DNA of 64,000 nucleotides, taken from positions 1 to 64,000 of the forward strand of contig CAXXSM010000092.1 of NCBI GenBank assembly GCA_963663405.2, written 5' to 3'. Numbering within the stretch: the first letter of the stretch is position 1; each line of letters opens with the position of its first letter. The notes under the pieces are model-generated. The model saw only the letters and a program-made list of their open reading frames with translations. It had not been told where the DNA came from and did no database searches. Source of the stretch: a bacterium. GTDB taxonomy: Bacteria > Hinthialibacterota > Hinthialibacteria > Hinthialibacterales > Hinthialibacteraceae. This document shows, piece by piece, positions 32,501 through 42,449 of the stretch. The position numbers and the translations under genes are program-made.

Positions 32501-35500
32501 GGAATGGTACAACATCATTGAGATCGGCGCGAAGGAACCACTGAACCAAGGCGGAACGTTTGTATTCTCCCTGATTCCAAAAGTCCGCTCGTGCGCTCCA
32601 GTGAATTGCAGAGAACTCGCGTTTATGAGCGTCGAGGTCTCCTGCGAGCAATGTGTAGACAACAGACTGCTTGCAAGTTCCATCCAATGTATCATCGATC
32701 AAATCATCAACGGGATTAACACATTCGGCGCCCGGACATGGTCCGCCACTCAAGTGGGACGGACAAAGATACTCATCACTGGTCCGAAGGCGTTCGATAA
32801 ATGCATCTATGAATACAGCCGTGTACTCGGAGGACTGGGGCTTCCACTCACGTTAGATTGCCCGGTCAACAACGTCTGCAACGGAATCGACGGGGATGGA
32901 AGGAAACGGCATGCCAGTGGATACAGTTTCACCGTCGTCGATGAGACGGGCATGGTTGCGGAACCGACAGCCACTCCAATTCCGACTCCCTATCCCGATC
33001 CCATTTGGGTCGACCAAGCGAATGATACCGGCGTCGAAGATGGATCGGCGGCCTTTCCATTCGACACGATCGCGGAAGCGATGATTGTAGCGACATCACA
33101 TACCATTCGCGTTCGTTCGGGTGTTTACGTTGAGAATGTATCTTTGAAAGACGGCGTCAAACTCGCCGGCGCCGGCGCGGACACAACCATCATTGACGGT
33201 GGAAATACCGGTGATGGTGTAAACTGCGTTGGAGTCGGGGACGATTCATTAATCGCCGGCTTCACGATTCAAAACGCCTCCGTGGGGATCTACTGTTTCA
33301 ACTCCTCCCCGATGATCCGGGAGAATATCATCACGAATATCGATCCCACGGCTACATCCGGTGACGGCATCCGGCTGCAGGATTCGTCGCCGTTGATTCA
33401 AAACAACGTGATTTATGGCGTCGGTGGACACGGGATCTCCGCATCCGGCGACAGCGAACCCGACATTATTAACAACACAATTTACGATTACCGGTATTAC
33501 GCTGGAATCTCCTTCGCCGCGCTTGATATCGGCGCCGTCTCCCCGCTTATCAAGAACAACATTATCGTTCGGGGGAACACGGAACCAGTCGCGGGGATTC
33601 TTTGGAACTCGATCGTTACACCGGATATCTCCTACAACGATGTGTACGATCCGGCGGATACAACCGGCACGGGAGGCTTCTACGCCTATCACGATGGCGC
33701 ACAGTGGAACGAAGCCTCCGGCGGCGCTGGAGCCATTTCCGAGAATCCATTATTCATCGATGAAGCGAATGGTTATTTCTATCTCCATACAGATTCCCCC
33801 TGTGTGGACGCCGGCGATCCAGACGCGGTATACAACGACAATGACGGCTCACGAAATGACATGGGCGCGTTCGGCGGGCTGCGGTTGGATATAGGCGGAC
33901 TCTCCCATATCGGCAGCGGCTTCATCTTCACTTCCGTGGGCAAAATCCCCATCACGGAGATCAATCAGACGCCGGCGGATGACTGCTTCGGACTGGCGCA
34001 GGTCTCTCCAACCGCCGCGGAAGATTTCCGCATTCCTCAATACACCGACGCGCCGTTTGGCGGGGATTTATGGATACGCGGCTTATTCGGCGCCAACGAT
34101 GATGTGGACTTCTATCAGATCATCGCCACGCCCGAAGATATCAGTGAAGCGACATTCGCGCTCAATGATCCTCTAACAAAAACAAAATACACGATTCTAC
34201 CAGGCGGGAGCGTCGCTACAACACGGATTCGGTTAGGGCCGCAAACCGTTGGCACGGTCGATAACCTATATCAATTGAACAAAACAGGTTTCTGGAGCCA
34301 ACAAGACCTTCGCATGATCTGGAAAACGGCGGGATTGAATGGCCGGTACCGCTTGGATTACCGTGCGTTTAAACAAACCGGACCGGATCAAGTCGTTGAA
34401 GTCTCATTGTTCTCCAATGTCTTGGACCACATGACACTCTGGATCGACAATTCTTCGCTGGACGTGCAAATCAACGAAGTCTTGAAGATGGACGGATCGA
34501 GTCTGGCGGAATGTGAAGAGATTGTCTTCACTACTGGCGGCGGAACCGATCTCGTATTCAATATCACGGCGGAACATCCGAACGGCTTCCTCCGGTACTA
34601 CGTATTGGATTGCTATTGGGGTCATGACAACTTCGGTGGACGCTTCACCTACGATCAATACGTAGGTTCAAATGATGGATCACCACCTGTATGGACGGGT
34701 ATTGATGACACATTGCCGCCACTCTCCCCGAAAGCGTTGGACGGAACGCCCATGCCGTGGGTTGACTGCGCGTACCGGTTCCGTTTGGCCGCCGGTGGAC
34801 GAATGACGGACGGTTACCGTTATCTACGGTGGAACCAGTATAGCGTCTACCATGACGTCCGCACGACGGGCGTCACCCCCGCCTCGGTTGGCAAACCGTG
34901 CGACGGCTGCGAAGAAGAAAGTAATCTCGCCGTCCAATCCGTGGAACCACTGGCGCCGATCCCCGTTCCAGAAAATCTCAGCGCGCTGCAAGCGGGACAA
35001 TCCAAATCGAGAGACGCCTCCCGGCGTATCCTCACCCCGCTAGCGGGACATAGCGCTGATGATTTTGTGGATACATGGATCAACGCCGATCCAAATACCG
35101 GCCGGATTACAGAGATCATCATCGGACAAACGAATAGTGGGGAAATGATCGTCCACGCGTATGGCGCTTGCTATCCCACGGATTGTGATTGGGGACCAGT
35201 CACAGCGGCCGCGGGAGATCCATTCACCGCTGTGTACCTGCACGGATTTAAAACATCCGTTCTTACTCTCGAACTAATCGGCGCGGACACCCTGCACGTT
35301 CATGACAGCGCCGTATTCCATGACGGGACCGGCCGGGATTACGAGACGGATGATACTTTCATCCGCAACACGATCTGGGTCGATGAGAGCAACACGACCG
35401 GCATGGAAAATGGATCAAGAGATCATCCCTATGATACGATTGGCGAAGGCATCACCGCCGCGATCCGCCGTCAGCGTGTGCGTGTCCTTCCTGGGGAATA

Positions 35501-37256
35501 CAATGAAGCGGTCGGTATGAAGAGCGGCGTGGATCTAATCGGTTCCGGCCCCTCCTCCACCGTCATTAATCCTCTTGGAGACGGTTATGGCGTCAGCTGC
35601 GTGGGGATCGGCTCGGATGTTCTTCTCGCTGGATTCACGATTGTCAATGCGCAGGTGGGTGTCTATTGCCATACCTCGCGTCTATCGATCCGGGAAAACG
35701 TCATCACGAACATGGATCTGGAATCACTGAGCGCGGATGGTATCCGGCTGGATGATTCATCGCCGTTGATCCAGAACAATGTGATTTATCATGTCGGCGG
35801 TATGGGAATTCGCGGTCAGGGAAACAGTGAACCCCGTATCATCAACAACACAATTTACGATTATGGATATTACGCCGGTATTTCCTTCTCCGCGTTGAAT
35901 ATCGGCGCCGTTTCGCCGGTAATCAAAAACAACATTGTTGTTCGCGGCAACGAAGAACCCGTCGGCGGGATTCTATGGAGCAGTCCTTGTACAGCGATCG
36001 TTTCCTACAACGATGTCTATGATCCACAAAACGTGACCGGCGGTGGTTCGTACTACGCGTATCACAACGGGACGCAGTGGACCGAAGTTTCCGGCGGTAC
36101 TGGAGCGCTTATGGTGGATCCGCTCTTCGAAGACGCGGAAAACGGTTATTTCCACTTGCAGACGGATTCACTCTGCATCGACGCAGGAGATCCCGCTCCC
36201 GAATTTAATGACTATGATGGTTCCCGCAACGACATGGGCGCGTTCGGCGGTCAGCGATTGGAAATCCGCCCATCCGCGCATGCGGGAAGCGGTTTCATTT
36301 TCACCGGCATTGGCAAAACACCGATCACAGAGATCGTTCATGACAGCGCCGATCCATCTCATGGCTTGTTACGCGTCTCCGCCGCGGAAGCGGCCGCGCA
36401 GAGCATTCCTCGATTCACCGACGCCGCGTTTGGCGGTCAATTATGGATACGGGGTCTGTTTGGAGCCAACGACAATATCGATTACTATCAGCTCGTGGCG
36501 GCCTCGTATGTCGATTCGATCACGAAAACCCTCACCGATCCGCTGACAAAGATCAAGTTCACCATCAATTCAGACGGCTCGGTCACAAGCACACGAGTGC
36601 GCATGGGGCCGATCACCGTGGCCGGTGTGCCCAACCTGTACATCTTGAATCAACCTGATGAGTACTGGACCTACACCGACCTGCGTCACATTTGGAACAC
36701 GAACGGACTGAACGGGAAATACAACGTTTCGTACAAGGCCTACCGCACCATGCTTGACGGAAGCGTATCGCAAGTGACTCTGCCATCCAATGAGCTGGAT
36801 CACTTCACTCTGCGCATCAACAACCAACCCGTGCAGATGCGGATCGAGAACATCGCTTACTCGGATCTCACGTCTATCGCCGAGTGTGAAAAAATCTACT
36901 TCCCACATGCAGGGGATTCCAGCCTGGTCTTCAACATCACGGCCTGGCACCCCGACGGCTTCCTGCGATACTACCGGTTGAACTGCTACTGGGGCAACAA
37001 CCGGTACGGCGGAGAATTCACGTACGACCAGTACGTGGGATCAAACGATGGAACACCGCCCAGCTGGACCGGCTTCATCAACCAGCAACTGCCGCCGCTT
37101 CTACCAAGGGCGTCTGATGGAACAGTGATGAACTGGCATACCTGCCCGTATCACTTCCGTCTAGAGGGATCCGCGCGAATCACAGACGGGTCGAATTACT
37201 TGAAATGGGCAGCCGATAACGTTTACCAATCCGTTCAACTCATTTCGACACCTTAA
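26516..37256 (+). CDS. Giant secreted gingipain-like C25 protease (about 3580 aa; frameshift near 29422 joins ORFs 26516-29521 and 29337-37256)
   Basis: C25 propeptide (GDPELP); DYLILT, YVLLVGD, VGRMSV; catalytic YRGHG before the shift and LTCQTGWFD after it; LFGDP; then FG-GAP and beta-helix modules. One extra G in tggggac explains the shift. Confidence 0.85.
32995..37250 (+). repeat. Internal duplication (about 1.9 kb module: 32995-34865 vs 35365-37250)
   Basis: Both copies contain IWVD..G.E.GS, DGIRL.DSSPLIQNNVIY, DGSRNDMGAFGG, GSGFIFT, LWIRGLFGAND, HP.GFLRYY and FTYDQYVGSNDG. Confidence 0.9.
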
Positions 37257-37266
37257 AACATCTACA

Positions 37267-37296
37267 AAGAAGGGGGGCGTCACAGCCCCCCTTCTT
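37267..37296. terminator. Intrinsic terminator hairpin
   Basis: aagaaggggggc-gtcaca-gccccccttctt right after the C25 gene, between convergent genes. Confidence 0.75.
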
Positions 37297-37352
37297 CCCT
37301 TCCTTCTATCATCGCAATCCAATCAATCCTTCTCAAATAAATACGCTTGCCT

Positions 37353-38240
37353 TCAATGCTGTGGGTTGCCACCATTGACATGGATCACTTGGCCGGTAAT
37401 CCATCGCGCTTGTTCGGAAGCGAGAAAAACGATTACGTCCGCGATATCTTCCGGCTCTCCCACTCGTTTCAAGGCGTATGTATTTTCAATCTGTTCCACA
37501 ACATCGGATTGAAGCCACCCGGTCTGCACCGCTCCCGGTGAAACCGCGTTGACCGTGATCCCATACGCTCCCAATTCCGCGGCGGCGGCTCGCGTATAAC
37601 TCTCCAACGCGTGTTTACTGGCTCCATAAGAAACCGCGCACGGATGAGAGCGGGCGCCATCCGAACTGACATTGATAATCCGTCCATCGTTCGCGTTCCG
37701 CCGGATAAACCGCCGCGCGAATTCCTGCGTCATCAACGCCACCGCCCGGCTGTTCACCGCGAAATGCTGCTCGTGAGATTCAGGAGTCAGCGGCGCAATG
37801 GGAAATTCCCCTGCAAACAATCCCTGCTTCTCCAGTTCCTCCGCCGGCAGAAACGAATCGAGACGGCCGAACGCCGCGTTGTTAACGACTATATCAACCG
37901 CGCCCAGTTGTTCTTTCGCCCGGTCGAAGAGTTCCGGGATGGTTTCGGGGAGACTCAGATCCGCTTCCCACGCGGCGCAAGATCCCCCCATCCGCTGGAT
38001 CTTATCAACCACATGATCCGCAGTCTGTGTTTGCATTCGGTGATACAAAGCCCGGCCGGGCATTAAGTCCTTCTCCCCTTCTCCTTCAGAAAAAACACCG
38101 TACGCTTCCGCCGCCTTGCGATAATAGTTTAGAAAGAGCCGGGCGCCTTCCTTCGCAAAAGCAAGCGCTGTGGCCGCGCCAATTCCATGATTGGCGCCGG
38201 TAACAAGAACAACTTTATTTTGTATGGTTCCATATCCCAT
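37353..38240 (-). CDS. SDR family oxidoreductase (FabG-like)
   Basis: TGANHGIG, NNA, YGASK, VSPG, WITGQVIHVNGG. Confidence 0.92.
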   Translation of the reverse strand: MGYGTIQNKVVLVTGANHGIGAATALAFAKEGARLFLNYYRKAAEAYGVFSEGEGEKDLMPGRALYHRMQTQTADHVVDKIQRMGGSCAAWEADLSLPETIPELFDRAKEQLGAVDIVVNNAAFGRLDSFLPAEELEKQGLFAGEFPIAPLTPESHEQHFAVNSRAVALMTQEFARRFIRRNANDGRIINVSSDGARSHPCAVSYGASKHALESYTRAAAAELGAYGITVNAVSPGAVQTGWLQSDVVEQIENTYALKRVGEPEDIADVIVFLASEQARWITGQVIHVNGGNPQH

Positions 38241-38692
38241 AATTCACACACCTTTCTTTACAGCAATCTGTAACGAGCAAAGTGACAGAATTCAAATTTG
38301 AGTAAATAGAATTATTGTTTTCCTCCGCATCAACGGAGGTTTGGAAAAACTTCGTGAAGAAAAACGGGAGGGATTGATTAACGCATGACGGCTACTTGAG
38401 CGCCTCTCATAATAAAATGTAACGCTAGTCTAACTCATACAAAATCTTTTTGTCAAGAAGATATTTCGCCGGTTTGCCCACATTATTCAAAGCGGCCCAT
38501 CCCATTCATTTTACAGGATGTGAAAGAGAAATAAATTTGTTTTGGATTTCATTTACGCTTCAACCATCTAGTATAAATTGATTCACTCCGCGCTCGTTCC
38601 CTATTGTCTGCGTGAGAAGAGTTACTATAATTCTTAGATAGGAGGAGAGTATGTGTCATGACTTTAGAATGATTAATGGAGTGGATTTCTAG

Positions 38693-39052
38693 ATGAATGA
38701 AGAACGGCTCCTACGTTGGGTCTCGAACAACGATACTCGATACCATCCAAACGCGTACTACTTTGTTTTAGAAGCGTTGCGATATACGCAGCAGCGTTTT
38801 AAAAAACCCCGCCACGTCAGCGGTCAGGAATTACTCGTCGGCCTGACCTGTCTTGCGCGGGAACGGTACAGCGATCTCGCCTTAATGGTTTTTGAGGAAT
38901 GGGGAACTACAACAGGACGTGATTTCGGCAACATTGTCTTCAACCTCGTCGAACTCGGTGAGATCAAGAAAACCGACGATGATTGTATCGAGGATTTCGA
39001 TTCGGGATACGATTTTCACACTGAATTCGGCCAAGCGAACGTCGCCAGCTGA
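38693..39052 (+). CDS. Conserved Planctomycetes/Verrucomicrobia-type protein (Minf_1886-like)
   Basis: AYYFVLEAL, RHVSGQELL, WG...DFGNIVFNLVE and DDCIEDF pattern. Confidence 0.7.
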   Translation: MNEERLLRWVSNNDTRYHPNAYYFVLEALRYTQQRFKKPRHVSGQELLVGLTCLARERYSDLALMVFEEWGTTTGRDFGNIVFNLVELGEIKKTDDDCIEDFDSGYDFHTEFGQANVAS

Positions 39053-39375
39053 AACCAAACCGGATAGACTTCATTCTCCACTTGGATTTATTCGTCCAAG
39101 GAGGAAGAGAAGTCGTGATTTTGTTAATATATTTATAGTTAAAGATTTTATGTGTAAAACACAAACCAGACGTGCTCACTATACTATCTCGAAAGAGAAG
39201 TTGGGAGTGAGTCACTTATTTCGACAAGGATCGGTCTAACACGCGCAACGTGATCGCAAAATCAGTGAAGAATGGCTTACTCTTGAAGAAGAAGCAGATC
39301 AAAAACGCTCTGTAGACTTATTCAAAATATCTCTCACTAACAACTCCACTTTCCAGAAATTAATAATATAAAAAC

Positions 39376-39633
39376 GGCTCATCCGGTAAGTGAGTACTAT
39401 TAGTAAATGCTACTTCTAATGAGAAAGCATATTCCTCTATCCCCAGGATTGAAATCCTGGGCTATTTTCTTTTGTCCCGCAAAGGCTCCGGCGCAAGCGC
39501 CGGTAGGACATATTATAGTAGCCCAGATACTGGCGCTTGCGCCAGAGCATGAAGTCTGGGTAAACATGGATACACAATCTTCCATGAAAAGAGAATAAAT
39601 TTTTACATTGAGTACTCACTTACCGGATGAGCC
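39376..39633. mobile_element. 258-bp MITE (non-autonomous IS derivative)
   Basis: Perfect 23-bp TIRs ggctcatccggtaagtgagtact (39376-39398 / 39611-39633); 8-bp TSD ataaaaac (39368-39375, 39634-39641); no transposase. Confidence 0.9.
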
Positions 39634-39645
39634 ATAAAAACTTTG

Positions 39646-40641
39646 TTACGGCAATGTCACACTGGCTCCCTGCCGAATATCAATCGTAGCCTTTTCTCGT
39701 AATTCCTCCAATAACTTCTGCCTTTCTTCAACCCGTTTGTTTCGCATGATTAAATCCTCAATCGTATCTTTACTAAGGATTTTTACAATGTGATATCCTT
39801 GGGGCGATCGGATCGGTTCGCTGATATCCCCCTCATTCATATCAAACAAAGGATCAAATTCTTCAATGTATCCGCCTTTTTCGAGGGGTTCAGGAAACTG
39901 TCCACCTTGTTTGCTTGTCAGCGTATCTTCTGAGTACTCATAGGCGAGGGCTTCGAATAATTCACCAGCGCGGGCGCGCAGTAAGATCGAATTGGCTCGT
40001 TCTAAAATCGCCTTTTCTTCTTCCTCGGACGCATTGGGAGCTACCCGAAGAAAAATATGGGCGATAAGGATTTTCCCACTGGGTTGCGCTTCGGGATGTT
40101 CCTTTTGAAACGCGGCGATCTCTTGGGGAGTGGGGGATTCAATTTTGCTGCGATTCAATTGGAGCCGTATATATTCTTCGAGATACCTGAGTTCGATCTC
40201 CCGATAACGAACCGCCCGAATCTCTTCCCACGTCATACCGATCCTTTCTTGTTCCCGCGCCAGATCTTCCGGTGTCGAAAATCGAGTCCGGTACTGATCC
40301 ATGAGACGATCGGTTTCCAGTGTAGCCTGGTTCCGGATCCGGTCTTTCCATTCCTTGGTCAATTTCTCCCGCGCGTATTGGGAAAGGAGCGTTCGATCGA
40401 TCATCATGCTTAACATCTTTCGCCGCAAAATATTGAGTTCCTCTTCGGAAATATCCGAAAAACTCTTGTTTTGATTTGTCCTCATAAGATTAATGCGAAG
40501 TTCGACTTCCACATCGCCCGTGAGGATCAACTCCCCATTGACGATCGCATCGATGGTCTCGATCACGGCGGCGTCCACCGGCGCAGCCGAATAGCCTGCC
40601 CACAAATAAAGAGGAAGAATAAAAAAGAACGCGCGTTTCAT
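39646..40641 (-). CDS. SurA/PpiC-type peptidyl-prolyl isomerase
   Basis: Signal peptide, AIVNGELI, HIFL, FEALAYEYSED, ISEPIRSPQGYHIVK. Confidence 0.88.
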   Translation of the reverse strand: MKRAFFFILPLYLWAGYSAAPVDAAVIETIDAIVNGELILTGDVEVELRINLMRTNQNKSFSDISEEELNILRRKMLSMMIDRTLLSQYAREKLTKEWKDRIRNQATLETDRLMDQYRTRFSTPEDLAREQERIGMTWEEIRAVRYREIELRYLEEYIRLQLNRSKIESPTPQEIAAFQKEHPEAQPSGKILIAHIFLRVAPNASEEEEKAILERANSILLRARAGELFEALAYEYSEDTLTSKQGGQFPEPLEKGGYIEEFDPLFDMNEGDISEPIRSPQGYHIVKILSKDTIEDLIMRNKRVEERQKLLEELREKATIDIRQGASVTLP

Positions 40642-40686
40642 GTTTAACTCCTTGCGATTGTATTCCAAGAAAATGTATTCTTTTAT

Positions 40687-40774
40687 ATGAAAATGAGTCC
40701 CTAAGGCTTTCTCGTTCGAATTAGCTCCCGCAACTCATTTTCATTTGCAGTTGTGATCTCACATCAAGATGGTT
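40687..40774. repeat. Dispersed structured intergenic repeat, copy A
   Basis: 12-bp IR atgaaaatgagt...actcattttcat followed by ttgcagttgtgatctc..gatggtt, shared with copy B. Confidence 0.7.
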
Positions 40775-40907
40775 TTTATCTTTTCAAAAGGCGTATTACG
40801 TCTGTTAAGACGGAATTACGTCCAGCATTTATTCATTGATTCACCCGTTCATCAGTAATGAATTCTACGCGGATTCAGCACTCTGAACTAGAGCGGCGCT
40901 TTGGAAT

Positions 40908-42401
40908 TTACTCTCCACCCAAGGAAAACTGAAACCAAGGAATCAGCTCTTTCAATTCACTAGAGTATACCGCTTGAAACGCGTTTCCCTGATGCGCTAG
41001 ACGCTTGTCTTTGATTGCATAGAAAAAACCGGTAATCGCGTATCGCTCCATCATCGGATCTGTCTCCGGGAGAATCTCTTCAAAGAACACCTCACCTTGT
41101 GTAATCCAGATTAGACGCCCGCCCCCCACATCAATTCCAACATGAGGGCGCCGGTTTCGAATCTGTGTGATATCACCATCAATGACATGAGAGACCGTTC
41201 CGAGAATAATATCCCCGGTGGCGGCCCCCGGCGTTTCAGCCACTATATTCCAACCGAATCCGTCTCCTACCCAGCAATATTGATACGCCCGGATGTGAAG
41301 TTCCGCCACCGGCAAGCGGCGCGGCGGATCAAAAAGGTCAACACGGCTCCAATCGTGATTTACTTGCATTTCATCCCATAAACCAAACCATTGTCCTTCA
41401 AATGGATGAAAAACGAGAAATCCATCGATCTTCCCAGCGCCCTGGATGCCCTTAAGGATTATACTTTCACTCAGTTGAAAATGATCCAAGTTTGGGCGAT
41501 CGATCAGATGAGGTTTCACTTGGTTAGGAAACGCGGCGATTGCTTGAGCCAACAAAGACGCGGGCATAAGCCCCTTTTCATCCGGAGTCAAAAGTCCCAA
41601 GCGGAACGCCTCCGCTTCGCGCATACCCTCCGTCAGATGGGGCCACATTTCCGGATCGATATTCTCTTTTTCGATTGTATCTTTAATTACCCGTTTTGGA
41701 AAAAAGCGAGTCTCAACAATCCACGTTTCAAGATTCGTAAAATTCCAAGATCCCGCCAACGTTCGCGCGGCGGCCGCGCCACGCATCTTGAAACTCCCGA
41801 TCCGGTCTTGGAAAGACGCTTCAAAGGCCGCGAATCCCCAAACACAAAGACGGAGCAGACAGACTACTATAGCCAAATACAAACAGAGTTTCCCCATCTC
41901 CCGTTTCACTTCCACCGGAAGCCACCGCCAGGGAGCGATCTGATAGACGGCATAAAAAAGAAACACACAGATTAATAGAAGATGAAAGCGATACCGGGCG
42001 GTGGAGCCGAACCAATCCGGCGCCCAAAACGAAAGCGCCAACGCGAAAAGACACGCGGTTGCGATAAGGCAATGCAGAATCAACGAAAGCGGCCGCTGTA
42101 GGAAAAGAAACCGCCCTTCCCGCGCCGTCCATTCATCCCGGAATGTGAGTCCAATAAGAACCAACAAAGAACCAGTCACAGCGATTCCAAAGACACCGTT
42201 TCGAGGAACCGCCCATAAGGGCAGAATTTTATAAAGCCCCAACACAATTGCCAGCGTCAGTAGGAATGGAATAACAAGCCCATCCCGCCAGCGTTTCAAG
42301 ATCGCGGCGCCAAGCAGCGTTAAGACGATAGAATCAACACAATCCACGCCCAGCCCAATTGGAAATAATGGAATCCATGCGCCATCCATTGTCACTCCCA
42401 C
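40908..42401 (-). CDS. Hypothetical membrane protein (several N-terminal TMs plus soluble Trp/Gly-rich C-terminal domain)
   Basis: 497-aa ORF following the MATE gene; hydrophobic N-half; no family recognised. Confidence 0.7.
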   Translation of the reverse strand: MGVTMDGAWIPLFPIGLGVDCVDSIVLTLLGAAILKRWRDGLVIPFLLTLAIVLGLYKILPLWAVPRNGVFGIAVTGSLLVLIGLTFRDEWTAREGRFLFLQRPLSLILHCLIATACLFALALSFWAPDWFGSTARYRFHLLLICVFLFYAVYQIAPWRWLPVEVKREMGKLCLYLAIVVCLLRLCVWGFAAFEASFQDRIGSFKMRGAAAARTLAGSWNFTNLETWIVETRFFPKRVIKDTIEKENIDPEMWPHLTEGMREAEAFRLGLLTPDEKGLMPASLLAQAIAAFPNQVKPHLIDRPNLDHFQLSESIILKGIQGAGKIDGFLVFHPFEGQWFGLWDEMQVNHDWSRVDLFDPPRRLPVAELHIRAYQYCWVGDGFGWNIVAETPGAATGDIILGTVSHVIDGDITQIRNRRPHVGIDVGGGRLIWITQGEVFFEEILPETDPMMERYAITGFFYAIKDKRLAHQGNAFQAVYSSELKELIPWFQFSLGGE

Positions 42402-42449
42402 TCCAAGACCAATCGGTTCGTCTCCCTGTTTCTGTAATCATACCGTTTT

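Noticed and set aside
32995-37250. Duplicated segment as a DGR TR/VR pair
   Set aside because: Differences are not adenine-specific and both copies are coding; it is a domain duplication.
38892-39239. ORFs 38892-39239 (+) and 38964-39215 (-)
   Set aside because: They overlap a real gene and AT-rich spacer, with no RBS or motif.
39400-39619. Three ~60-aa ORFs inside the MITE
   Set aside because: No transposase motifs; chance ORFs in palindromic DNA.
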